Positions 10,136-17,625 are shown, counted from the stretch's first letter. The stretch: 39,631 bases of DNA from Acidimicrobiales bacterium (GCA_038199465.1 JBBPYZ010000172.1:1-39631), one strand, 5' to 3'. Numbers and translations are program-made. The notes: a model not told the origin generated them from the letters alone.

Positions 10136-10162
10136 GTCTCGATAATGCTAGTTATCGAGACT
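10135..10162. promoter_or_regulatory. 28-bp perfect 11-6-11 palindrome: dif-like recombination-site candidate or operator
   Basis: AGTCTCGATAA-TGCTAG-TTATCGAGACT read directly. It is the most AT-rich spot in the window. The inner ATAA/TTAT match E. coli dif. Confidence 0.55.
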
Positions 10163-10285
10163 TACCTGCTGGCGGCGGACATCGTGCATCAGATGCAGGT
10201 AGCCCCCTGCTGAAGCATGTGCCCGCTGCGCTCCACCTGGCCGGCCGACGAGTACTCGGTGTCGGTGCCGCTGCATCGACAGCGA

Positions 10286-10828
10286 TCAGGGAGCGAAGTA
10301 GCCCGTAACGTCGACGATGAAGTGGGTTTGGGCGTCCGGGGTGCCGTCGCAGTACACCAGGACCGAGCCAGGGCCGGATTCGCTGTCGACGGCGATCCCG
10401 GTTGTGCCGCCGTTGGCGAGGTCCAACCCCGGAACCACCCAGTTGATGTTCGACACCGTAAAATCGTCAGGGTTGGTGCCGGCCGGTACCACACCCAGGA
10501 AACCCGCCGCCTCGGTCTGGGTGATGGTGAGGTTGAAGGTGACCGCCTGCGCCGTCGCCGGCACTCTCAGAGCCTTGCTCTCGTCCGTGATGATCTTCAG
10601 GCTCATGCCGACACCGGTCGCGATCTTCCCGTCGGGATCGTTGCGCGAGTCGTAGCTGCGGTAGGGGGTGACCGGCGTGTACCCCAGCCCTGCGGCTAGC
10701 GCCGGCGCGGCCGTGGCGACACCGGCGACGGTAGCGCCGATGGCGCCAGCGGCGACGGCCCCACCACGGGCGAGGAGAGATCGGCGGTCCATGCTCGGTT
10801 GGTTCTGCTGGTCCATGTGGTTGATCAT
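10286..10828 (-). CDS. Tat-exported protein with one copy of the LDTR…NLT…DVxGY domain
   Basis: ATG at 10828 (MINHMDQQNQPSMDRRSLLARGGAVAAG… is a twin-arginine signal ending in ALA). The mature part aligns by eye with the repeats of CDS 2994..4793 and ends FIVDVTGYFAP. Confidence 0.75.
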   Translation of the reverse strand: MINHMDQQNQPSMDRRSLLARGGAVAAGAIGATVAGVATAAPALAAGLGYTPVTPYRSYDSRNDPDGKIATGVGMSLKIITDESKALRVPATAQAVTFNLTITQTEAAGFLGVVPAGTNPDDFTVSNINWVVPGLDLANGGTTGIAVDSESGPGSVLVYCDGTPDAQTHFIVDVTGYFAP

Positions 10829-10986
10829 CCTCGCTTTAGGGCGCGCCGGGTCGGTGACTTGGTGGGTTCGACGGATGCCCCTTCGGAGAACGCAGGAGCG
10901 GGGCTCTTCCTGGCTTTCCGTACGGGCTGCTTGGACCCTCCGGGGGTGAAGTCGCTCCGAGAGACGCCGAGTCCTGGGACAGCCTG

Positions 10987-11310
10987 ATGCCGGACAAACC
11001 TCTTCGTCACGGAACTCCACCCTTCTTGATGAGACTGACGCTGACTCTAGGCGGGCTGCCCGCCGCTGTCGAGAGCATCCGCAGGGCGCATCTCACAGAG
11101 GGCGGCCATCGGCCCGCTCCGACGGGTGCCCAGAGCTGGAGACGACTGAGTGAGGAGAACGCGGCGTACGCCGCCGCAGCCGAGGCGTTCGACAGGCCCT
11201 TGGTCGCCGTCGACGAGTGTCTGCTCCGCGCCTGTGGTGCCGCAGGGATCGGGGCCATCCACCTCGATGACCTGAGCAAGCCGGGAGGCAGACGGCCCCA
11301 GGGGTGCTGA
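10987..11310 (+). CDS. Hypothetical small protein (weak call)
   Basis: 107-aa ORF with normal acidic/basic composition. The co-phased antisense ORF 11007..11279 has no D/E and looks like a shadow. No recognisable motif. Confidence 0.3.
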   Translation: MPDKPLRHGTPPFLMRLTLTLGGLPAAVESIRRAHLTEGGHRPAPTGAQSWRRLSEENAAYAAAAEAFDRPLVAVDECLLRACGAAGIGAIHLDDLSKPGGRRPQGC

Positions 11311-11340
11311 ATTGGGCGGTGTGCCTCCCGCGGCGGAGGG

Positions 11341-11742
11341 CTACAGGTAGGCCATGCGGTAGATGAAGCCTTCGGCTTCCTCGGCCGCAGTGACGGCGTC
11401 CTTGGCCCGCAGGGCTTTGTCCTGAACCGTGCCGGCGGCGTCGCTCCAGCGCACCACCCAGCGGGGTCCGTGGCCGTTGCTCTCGTCGCAGAAGACGTCG
11501 ATGAGGGTGACGGTGGCCTTGCGGGCCCAGGTGATCTGCAGGCGGCCCGTCTTCCCGTCGACCGCCTGCTGCACGTAGCCGGTCATGGCCGGCGACCAGG
11601 TCCAGGTCTCGGACACCTCGCCGTCGATGAAGAACTCCATCACGATGCTGTAGTCGTCGTCGGGCTGACCGGCGATGGCGCTGCGGAAGGCCGGTTCGTA
11701 GTTGCGGGCGGCGGTCGGGTCGAGCGTGATCGTCCTCATCAC
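11341..11742 (-). CDS. Hypothetical protein (133 aa, no recognisable family)
   Basis: Balanced composition and no competing ORF. GTG at 11742 or ATG at 11739. TAGGTT box (11749-11754) lies 6 nt upstream of the GTG. Confidence 0.6.
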   Translation of the reverse strand: MMRTITLDPTAARNYEPAFRSAIAGQPDDDYSIVMEFFIDGEVSETWTWSPAMTGYVQQAVDGKTGRLQITWARKATVTLIDVFCDESNGHGPRWVVRWSDAAGTVQDKALRAKDAVTAAEEAEGFIYRMAYL

Positions 11743-11762
11743 CGGAACAACCTACGACGGGT

Positions 11763-11792
11763 GCGGCCCCCAGCGGGTTGGGCGGGGGCCGC
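11763..11792 (-). terminator. Hairpin terminator after the cold-shock gene (GCGGCCCCC-N12-GGGGGCCGC)
   Basis: 9-bp GC stem that begins 7 nt downstream of the csp stop codon, followed by a somewhat T-containing tail. Confidence 0.6.
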
Positions 11793-11798
11793 CGAGGC

Positions 11799-12005
11799 TC
11801 ACGAGACCGGGGTGACCTCGCCGGCCTGCTGGCCCTTGTTCCCCGGGATCAGCTGGTACTCGACCCGCTGGCCCTCGGTGAGCTCGCGGTAGCCCGCGAC
11901 CCGGATCTGCGACTGGTGCACGAACACGTCGTCACCCTTCTCGTCGGGCGTGATGAACCCGAACCCCTTCGTGGCGTTGAACCACTTGACCGTGCCCTGC
12001 GGCAT
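11799..12005 (-). CDS. cspA: Cold-shock protein (CspA family)
   Basis: MPQGTVKWFNATKGFGFITPDEKGDDVFVHQS carries the RNP1 and RNP2 motifs. 68 aa. A leader region of about 135 nt lies upstream (12006-12141). Confidence 0.95.
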   Translation of the reverse strand: MPQGTVKWFNATKGFGFITPDEKGDDVFVHQSQIRVAGYRELTEGQRVEYQLIPGNKGQQAGEVTPVS

Positions 12006-12141
12006 CTCACACTCCAAGAGAGGTCCACGCGTGCCTCGGCGTCGCCGGAGCGAGGCGTTCCGGTCGCCACCTCCTCTGGCGTGGGTTGCACGGGAGGTTG
12101 TCGCATCCTAGGCAGGCGTGGCGGAGCCGTGCCGGGTCGCC

Positions 12142-12702
12142 TCAGGCGACCCGCCGGGCCGGTGGCCGAGCCAGCCGCAGCCGGACGCACAGGTCGACAT
12201 CGGTCAGCTCGAGGGCGTCGAGGAGGTTGCGCCGGGGGCGGTCGGCGATCGCCCGGTTCACCGCGGTGAGGTCGGTGCCCTCCTCCAGGGTCACGTCCAG
12301 ATCGAGGGCCAACGGGTGGTCGGCGATCACCCGGGCGCTGGCATCGGCCACCCCGCTCAGGCGGCGGACATCGGCGGCGACGGCGTCAGCCAGGGCGCGG
12401 GCCGACACCTCCAGACCGGTGGCGTGGCCGGTCGGCTCCAGCGCCACCTGGGCGACGGGGCGACCCCTCGGCAGCTGGGCCAGGAGCCAGGCCAGGCCGA
12501 GCCACAGGAGGACGAACGCGACAGCGGCCAGGGCGACGAGCAGCAGCACCTGGCGGTCGCGAGCCCAGCTCCGCAGCCACGGGGACACGACCGGGTCGGC
12601 TCCCCCGCGGCCCCGGAGGAGCCCGGCGGTGCCGAGGCCGAGGAGCAGGAGACCCACCAACGCCAGAAGCCCACGGTTCACCCGGTCGGTGGTGCGCCGC
12701 AT
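12142..12702 (-). CDS. Alkaline-shock-response membrane anchor protein (AmaP-like)
   Basis: ATG at 12702 (MRRTTDRVNRGLLALVGLLLLGLG…). Two TM helices followed by an Asp23-like fold. Last gene of the Asp23 operon, overlapping the upstream stop by 1 nt. Confidence 0.75.
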   Translation of the reverse strand: MRRTTDRVNRGLLALVGLLLLGLGTAGLLRGRGGADPVVSPWLRSWARDRQVLLLVALAAVAFVLLWLGLAWLLAQLPRGRPVAQVALEPTGHATGLEVSARALADAVAADVRRLSGVADASARVIADHPLALDLDVTLEEGTDLTAVNRAIADRPRRNLLDALELTDVDLCVRLRLARPPARRVA

Positions 12703-13235
12703 CACGAGCTCCTGGCGGGCTGGCGGCGGACGTCGACCTTGATGGGGCCCCCGGCGTCGACGCCCCTGGCGGCGAGTGACCCCCGGGCCGTAGCGGCCAG
12801 CTGGTCGCGAAGGGCCGGCGGGTCGCCCGCCACCACGGTGGCCCGCACGTCGAGACCCCGGTGCCGGAGCCGCGCCCTCACCGTCGCCACGCCCTGGACC
12901 TGGCCGAGGTCGGCGGCCACCTCGCGCTCCAGGTCGGAGCGGCCGACGCGGGCGGGCAGGGGGCCCTCGCCGGCGGCGGCCAGCTCGGCCGGCCGCTGGC
13001 GGACCAGCTGAAGGCCGAGGAGCAAGAGCCCGGCGGCGATGAGGGCGACGCAGGTCAACCGGGTCGACCGCCCGTCCCACGAGGCGCCCGACGCCCACGC
13101 CAGCCAACGGTCGTGGCGGGCCATGAGGGGATCGGCGCCCACGACGACGGCGCCGATCTCGAGGAGGACGACCGCGGCGGCCACCACCAGGGCGAGGCCG
13201 AGGAGGGCGCTGAGCACCCGGTTGACCAGGCCCAT
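12702..13235 (-). CDS. DUF6286-like membrane protein of Asp23 clusters
   Basis: Two TM segments followed by VGRSDLEREVAADLGQVQGV…. Both its start and its stop overlap the neighbouring genes by 1 nt. Confidence 0.7.
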   Translation of the reverse strand: MGLVNRVLSALLGLALVVAAAVVLLEIGAVVVGADPLMARHDRWLAWASGASWDGRSTRLTCVALIAAGLLLLGLQLVRQRPAELAAAGEGPLPARVGRSDLEREVAADLGQVQGVATVRARLRHRGLDVRATVVAGDPPALRDQLAATARGSLAARGVDAGGPIKVDVRRQPARSS

Positions 13236-13654
13236 CAGCCGACCCGGTTGCCCCCGGGCCGAAGGTGCTCGACGTGCACCCGCAGGCCGCGGACCGGTCG
13301 GCCGGCCAGCTCCTCGACCCGCCGGGCGACGTGGCTGGCCAGGTGCTCGGCGGTGGCCCGCACCGGCCGGGGGTAGGCGATGGTGACGGTGAGGTCGAGG
13401 TCGAGGACCAGCTGGTCGGGCGGCGTTCCGACCGGGACCGGGTGGTGGATGGCCCGGGCGATCGGGGCGGCCGACGCGGCACTGACCCCGTCGACCTCGT
13501 TGGCCGCCTGCGCCGCCAGCTTGGGGATCACCCGGGCGTCGATCCGCAGGTGGCCGGGGCCGTCACGGTAGCCCGGAGGCCCAACCGGGGCGGGGGACGG
13601 TGGGGCGGGGTCGGCCAAGGGCGCCAGTGGGGCGGTGGGAGCGGTGGCGGTCAC
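13235..13654 (-). CDS. Asp23/Gls24-family protein (divergent, Pro-rich N-terminus)
   Basis: IDARVIPKLAAQAANEVDGV… followed by alternating beta-strand pattern LVLDLDLTVTIAY. GTGA overlap with the upstream stop. Confidence 0.7.
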   Translation of the reverse strand: MTATAPTAPLAPLADPAPPSPAPVGPPGYRDGPGHLRIDARVIPKLAAQAANEVDGVSAASAAPIARAIHHPVPVGTPPDQLVLDLDLTVTIAYPRPVRATAEHLASHVARRVEELAGRPVRGLRVHVEHLRPGGNRVG

Positions 13655-13848
13655 CGCTGTTGCCGGCGGTTCTCGAGGCGGCGGTTGGTGAGGAACTCCA
13701 GGACGTCGAGCTCGCCGTCCAGGACCTTGGCCACGATCCAGCCCACGAGGCCGAAGAGGGCGACGACGCAGGCTTGCGTGAAGCCCCCGAGGGCGATGGC
13801 GAGCCCGAGGGCGAGGCCGACGATCAGGCCGGCGAGCTTGGTCTGCAC
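13651..13848 (-). CDS. DUF2273 small integral membrane protein
   Basis: 65 aa with two Gly/Ala-rich TM helices (LIVGLALGLAIALGGF…ALFGLVGWIVA). This family is typically found in Asp23 operons. Confidence 0.75.
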   Translation of the reverse strand: MQTKLAGLIVGLALGLAIALGGFTQACVVALFGLVGWIVAKVLDGELDVLEFLTNRRLENRRQQR

Positions 13849-13866
13849 GGGAGGACCTCCGAGGGG

Positions 13867-14091
13867 TCAGTCAAGGGAACGGGAGGGCGGCCGGGGTCGG
13901 CCGAGGCCGAGCCAGCCAGCCACACCGCGGCGGCGGCGGTAGACGAGCGGGGCCTCGGCGGGGCTCGACCGACCTTGGCGCAGGGCGGCGAGGCCGGCCA
14001 CGAACGTAGCGGGGTCCCCACCCCGGTCGGGGTGGTGGGCCAGAACGAAGGCACGGAGCCTCCGTCGCTCGTCGGTGGTGGACTCAGGCAC
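13867..14091 (-). CDS. Small protein with J-domain-like HPD motif
   Basis: GTG start overlaps the upstream gene by 8 nt. High GC3. RRRLRAFVLAHHPDRGGDPATFVAGLAAL resembles J-domain helix II-HPD-helix III (HPD at nt 14026-14034). Confidence 0.5.
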   Translation of the reverse strand: MPESTTDERRRLRAFVLAHHPDRGGDPATFVAGLAALRQGRSSPAEAPLVYRRRRGVAGWLGLGRPRPPSRSLD

Positions 14092-14398
14092 GGGTCACCC
14101 CGGAGGACTCGATGAAGGCCGCATCCTCGACATCGAGGTCCTCGATGTGGACCTCCACGGGCAGTCCCCCGGCCGCCGGGGACACCGCCGCCCGCACCGC
14201 ATCAGCCAGGCGCGGCAACTCGGTGCCATAGCGGGCCGTGACGTGCACCTCGACCCGGTCGCCCGGGAGGCGGACGCCGGTGACGCTGCGGCCGGGCAGG
14301 TAGGTGGCGAACTCGAGCGCCGGCCCCCCGTGGAGGCCCGCCACGCCGGGGGTGGCCAGGGTGGCGGCGGCGATGGCGTCGGCGTTGGGCTCGCCCAC
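14084..14398 (-). CDS. Asp23-family protein (short form)
   Basis: 104 aa. GVAGLHGG…VTGVRL…VEVHVTARYG…VEVHIEDL pattern. GTG start 3 nt after the upstream TAA. Confidence 0.7.
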   Translation of the reverse strand: MGEPNADAIAAATLATPGVAGLHGGPALEFATYLPGRSVTGVRLPGDRVEVHVTARYGTELPRLADAVRAAVSPAAGGLPVEVHIEDLDVEDAAFIESSGVTRA

Positions 14399-14401
14399 CG
14401 G

Positions 14402-14947
14402 TTACTGCACCCGGGCGGGAGCCGGGGCCTGGGGCTCGTGGTCTTCGGAGCCGGGGATCCAGATGTCGTCGACGTTGATGTTCACCTCGGTGACCTCGAG
14501 GCTGGTCATCCGCTGCAGCCGCTCGATCACGTTCTTGCGGACGGCGGCGGCCAGATCGCCGATGGCCACGCCGTACTCGACGACGAGGTCGAGGTCGATG
14601 GCGGCCTGGCGTTCGCCCACCTCGACCTTGACGCCCTGGCTGGCCGTCCGGGCCTCGGTGTTGCCCGGCAGGATCTCGCGGATGGAGCCGAAGGTGCGGC
14701 TGGCCCCGGCGCCCATGGCGTGCACTCCGGCGATCTCCCGGGCGGAGAGCCCGGCGATCTTGGCCACCACCGAGTCGGCGATGCTGGTGCGCCCCTGCGA
14801 GCTCACCAGGCCGCGGCTGCCGCTGCCGCCGCTGCCGGCCCGGTCCATTCCCGTCCGGCCCGCGGAGGTCGGCGGCACTTGCTCGGTCTGGGTGTCGTCC
14901 CCGGTCGCTGTGTCTTCCGCCGTTGCGTCCTCGTTCGCTGCGCTCAC
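14402..14947 (-). CDS. Asp23/Gls24 family envelope-stress protein
   Basis: IADSVVAKIAGLSAREIAGVHAMG…GVKVEVGERQAAIDLDLVVEYG…VTEVNINVDDI. First gene of the operon. Confidence 0.9.
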   Translation of the reverse strand: MSAANEDATAEDTATGDDTQTEQVPPTSAGRTGMDRAGSGGSGSRGLVSSQGRTSIADSVVAKIAGLSAREIAGVHAMGAGASRTFGSIREILPGNTEARTASQGVKVEVGERQAAIDLDLVVEYGVAIGDLAAAVRKNVIERLQRMTSLEVTEVNINVDDIWIPGSEDHEPQAPAPARVQ

Positions 14948-15019
14948 TTGTGGTCCCTTCGTCTGCGGTCAACCCTGACCTTCCCCCGGCATCCCAGCCT
15001 CACACGGCGATCTCGCCGT

Positions 15020-15874
15020 TCAGCCCAGGAGGCCGAGGATCCCGCCCGTGCCGCGGAAGGGCTGGGTGCCCCTCACCAGGGCTAGGCCGACGGGGGCGCC
15101 GTGGGTGCGGGCGTAGGTGAGGGCACGGGACACGTCGCTCACCCCGTTCGAGGCGGGGATGGGCAGGAGGGCCAGGGTGCTCAGCACGCCGACAGCTTGA
15201 CCCGAGGCGTTCAGGAAGCCGCTGCCGGAGTCGCCCGGTATGCCGGGCGTCACGGTGTAGACCGCTCGGGTCCAGCCGCCGCCCTCGTCGCCCAGGCTGA
15301 TCCCGATCTTTGGGCTGAGCTGGCTGATGCCGAGCCGCAGCGACGAGTTGCCGTAGCTGTAGACCGTCGACCCGAGGCCGGTGGAGGTGCCGAGCGCCGT
15401 GGGCCCGCCCCACACCGGCACCGACGGGTTCACCCGGGCGGCGTCGCCCGAGTCGAGCCGGACCAGGGCGAAGTCGTTGAAGGCGCAGGCGTCGGGGTCG
15501 CGCTCACCCGCCGCCTGCATGGCGACCCAGCTGCTGTAGGCGAGCGACCCGGGGCGGCTGGCTCCGCCCACCTGCACCGGGGTGCCGAGCGGCAGCGTCC
15601 CGCTGGTGCACCCGTTGGTGTCGGTGGCGGCGCCGGTGCTGGCGCAGTGGGCCGCCTGCCCGATGTAGACCGCCCCCGCTTCGTCGCTGAACACGAAGTT
15701 CGCTGTGCACTGCCCGCCGCTGGTGTAGGTCATCACGCCGGGGTGGATGGGGGCCGAGGCGGCCGGGGCCCAGGCCAGACGGGCCTGCGCTGGCGGGGTG
15801 AGGAGCGGGGAGGCGGCGAGGAGCAGGCTGGCCGGGGCGGCGACGAGCAGGGAAGAGCGGATCTTCATCTTCAT
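15020..15874 (-). CDS. Secreted S1-family (chymotrypsin/alpha-lytic-like) serine protease
   Basis: ATG at 15874 (MKMKIRSSLLVAAPASLLLAAS… is a signal peptide). Catalytic triad contexts AAHC, NDFALV and GDSGSG. Confidence 0.85.
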   Translation of the reverse strand: MKMKIRSSLLVAAPASLLLAASPLLTPPAQARLAWAPAASAPIHPGVMTYTSGGQCTANFVFSDEAGAVYIGQAAHCASTGAATDTNGCTSGTLPLGTPVQVGGASRPGSLAYSSWVAMQAAGERDPDACAFNDFALVRLDSGDAARVNPSVPVWGGPTALGTSTGLGSTVYSYGNSSLRLGISQLSPKIGISLGDEGGGWTRAVYTVTPGIPGDSGSGFLNASGQAVGVLSTLALLPIPASNGVSDVSRALTYARTHGAPVGLALVRGTQPFRGTGGILGLLG

Positions 15875-15938
15875 GGAAGCATTATGAACGTTGGGCGAGC
15901 TCCGCGCACTGCGTTCCGAAAGAAGGACGAAAGAAGGG

Positions 15939-16307
15939 TCAGCCGGCCTTGGTGGCCAGTCGCTCCCGGGCCTGGCGCGACCGCTCGAGGAGGTGGGCCG
16001 GGATGCCCCCGACCGACTCACCCTCGCTGGCTGCGGCTACCTCGGCCACCGGCGCTTCGGGGCGGGCCGCCTGGGAGCCGGCGGGCCGGTCCTTCCAGTC
16101 GCGCCACTGGGCGGGGGTGGCCAGCCGCAGGCGGTCGACCGAGGGCATCGACACGCCGTTGTCGAAGTCGACGAAGTAGCGGATCCAGGTGAGGCCGCTG
16201 ACCATGGCCACCCGCCCGGCCGTACCGCGGGGCACACCTCGCAGATCGCCGACGCTGACCACGCGGGCCTTGCGCTTCAGCTGGTCGGTGGGTGCGTCCT
16301 TCGCCAT
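15939..16307 (-). CDS. Hypothetical conserved-looking protein (122 aa)
   Basis: Clean ORF transcribed divergently from maf. Normal composition. No motif recognised. Confidence 0.6.
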   Translation of the reverse strand: MAKDAPTDQLKRKARVVSVGDLRGVPRGTAGRVAMVSGLTWIRYFVDFDNGVSMPSVDRLRLATPAQWRDWKDRPAGSQAARPEAPVAEVAAASEGESVGGIPAHLLERSRQARERLATKAG

Positions 16308-16379
16308 GGCGGGAGGCTAGCGAGGCCCGGCGGCCGCCGGCACGTCCGTCACGCGCCGACGGTGGCAGACTTCGGCGCC

Positions 16380-17006
16380 ATGGCCTCGGGAGGCGGCGGC
16401 GACCCTCGGCCTCGGCCGCCACGCCTGGTGCTGGCCTCGGCCAGCCCGGCCCGGCTAAAGCTGCTGCGCCAGGTCGGCCTCGATCCGGAGCAGGTCGTCA
16501 GCGGCGTCGACGAGGTGGCCGAGGGAACGGCGGCCGAGGTCGCCCAGGGCCTGGCCCGCCGCAAGGCCCTCGCCGTGGCTGAGCGAACCGGGGGCGAGGC
16601 GGTCGTCGTCGGGTGCGACAGCGTCCTCGAGCACGGCGGCCGGGTGCTAGGCAAGCCCGCCTCCCCCGCCGAGGCCTTGGCCCGCTGGCACGACCTGCGG
16701 GGCACCACCGGGAGGCTCCACAGCGGCCACTGCCTGGTGTCGGTGGCCGGCGGCCGGGTGGCCCAGGTGCTGGAGGAGGGCGCCGTCACCTCCGTGCGGT
16801 TCGCCGTGGCCTCCGGGGACGACATCGCCGCCTACGTGGCCAGCGGCGAGCCGCTGCAGGTGGCCGGCGCCTTCACCATCGACGGCCTCGGGGCCGCCTT
16901 CGTCGAGGGGATCGTGGGCTGCCACTCGAATGTGATCGGCCTCAGCCTGCCCGTGCTGCAGCGGCTCCTGGGCCGGCTCGGCCTGTCGGTCTGTGACTGG
17001 TGGTGA
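16380..17006 (+). CDS. maf: Maf-like nucleoside triphosphate pyrophosphatase
   Basis: ATG at 16380 within listed ORF 15891..17006. LVLASASPARLKLLRQVG… is the Maf N-terminus. 208 aa. Confidence 0.9.
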   Translation: MASGGGGDPRPRPPRLVLASASPARLKLLRQVGLDPEQVVSGVDEVAEGTAAEVAQGLARRKALAVAERTGGEAVVVGCDSVLEHGGRVLGKPASPAEALARWHDLRGTTGRLHSGHCLVSVAGGRVAQVLEEGAVTSVRFAVASGDDIAAYVASGEPLQVAGAFTIDGLGAAFVEGIVGCHSNVIGLSLPVLQRLLGRLGLSVCDWW

Positions 17007-17566
17007 GCCCGGCGGCGCCCTGGGACGGCGGGGACTACCAGGCCCGCTTCGACGCCCTGGCCGCCTCGGGCGTCGACGTGCACGGCGAGGTGCGCTTCCT
17101 CCTCGCCTACTCGCCGGCCAGCGTGCTCGACGCCGGCTGCGGCACCGGACGGGTGGCCATCGAGCTGGACCGCAACGGCGTTGAGGCGGTGGGCGTGGAC
17201 GTCGATCCCTCGATGCTGGCCACGGCCCGGCTGCGGGCCCCGTCGGTCCGCTTCGAAGAGGCCGACCTGGCCGGCGACGGGTTCGACCTGGGCCGCACCT
17301 TCGACGTCGTCGCCCTAGCCGGCAACGTCCCGTTGTTCACCCCGGCGGGCACCGAGGCCGCCCTGGTCGCCGGCTGCGCCCGGCACGTGGCCCCGGCCGG
17401 GCTGCTGGTCGCCGGCTTCTCCCTGCGGGGCTACGGCCTGGAGCGCTACGACGCCGATTGTGCCGCCGCCGGGCTCGTCCTGGCCGAGCGCTGGTCGACC
17501 TGGGACCGTGACCCGCACCACGGCGGCGCCGATTACGCCGTGTCGGTGCACCGCCCTGCGGGCTGA
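17000..17566 (+). CDS. Class I SAM-dependent methyltransferase
   Basis: SAM motif I is VLDAGCGTGRVAIEL. The GTG start overlaps the maf stop (GTGGTGA). Confidence 0.8.
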   Translation: MVSPAAPWDGGDYQARFDALAASGVDVHGEVRFLLAYSPASVLDAGCGTGRVAIELDRNGVEAVGVDVDPSMLATARLRAPSVRFEEADLAGDGFDLGRTFDVVALAGNVPLFTPAGTEAALVAGCARHVAPAGLLVAGFSLRGYGLERYDADCAAAGLVLAERWSTWDRDPHHGGADYAVSVHRPAG

Positions 17567-17625
17567 GGTCGGGTCGGAACGTCCGGAAAGGGCGGGGCGC
17601 AGGGTCCGTTGTACGCTGGCGCCCC

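Noticed and set aside
10185-10265. Small palindromes TGCATC-A-GATGCA (10185-10197) and CCGAC-GAGTACTCGGT-GTCGG (10245-10265) considered as additional recombinase sites
   Set aside because: They share no sequence with the 28-bp palindrome and lack 11-6-11 geometry. They lie just downstream of the Tat-protein stop, so they are more simply terminator or 3'-UTR hairpins.
10861-10890. GGTTCGA-containing stretch checked as a possible tRNA T-arm
   Set aside because: The flanking bases do not form a T-stem, and no acceptor or anticodon arms can be drawn. It lies in the promoter region of the Tat-exported protein gene.
12142-13482. 446-aa ORF spanning three Asp23-cluster genes
   Set aside because: Only its C-terminal 186 codons (from the ATG at 12702) make a sensible AmaP-like protein. 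The rest is Arg/Pro-rich shadow over the DUF6286-like and Asp23-like genes, which are in other frames.
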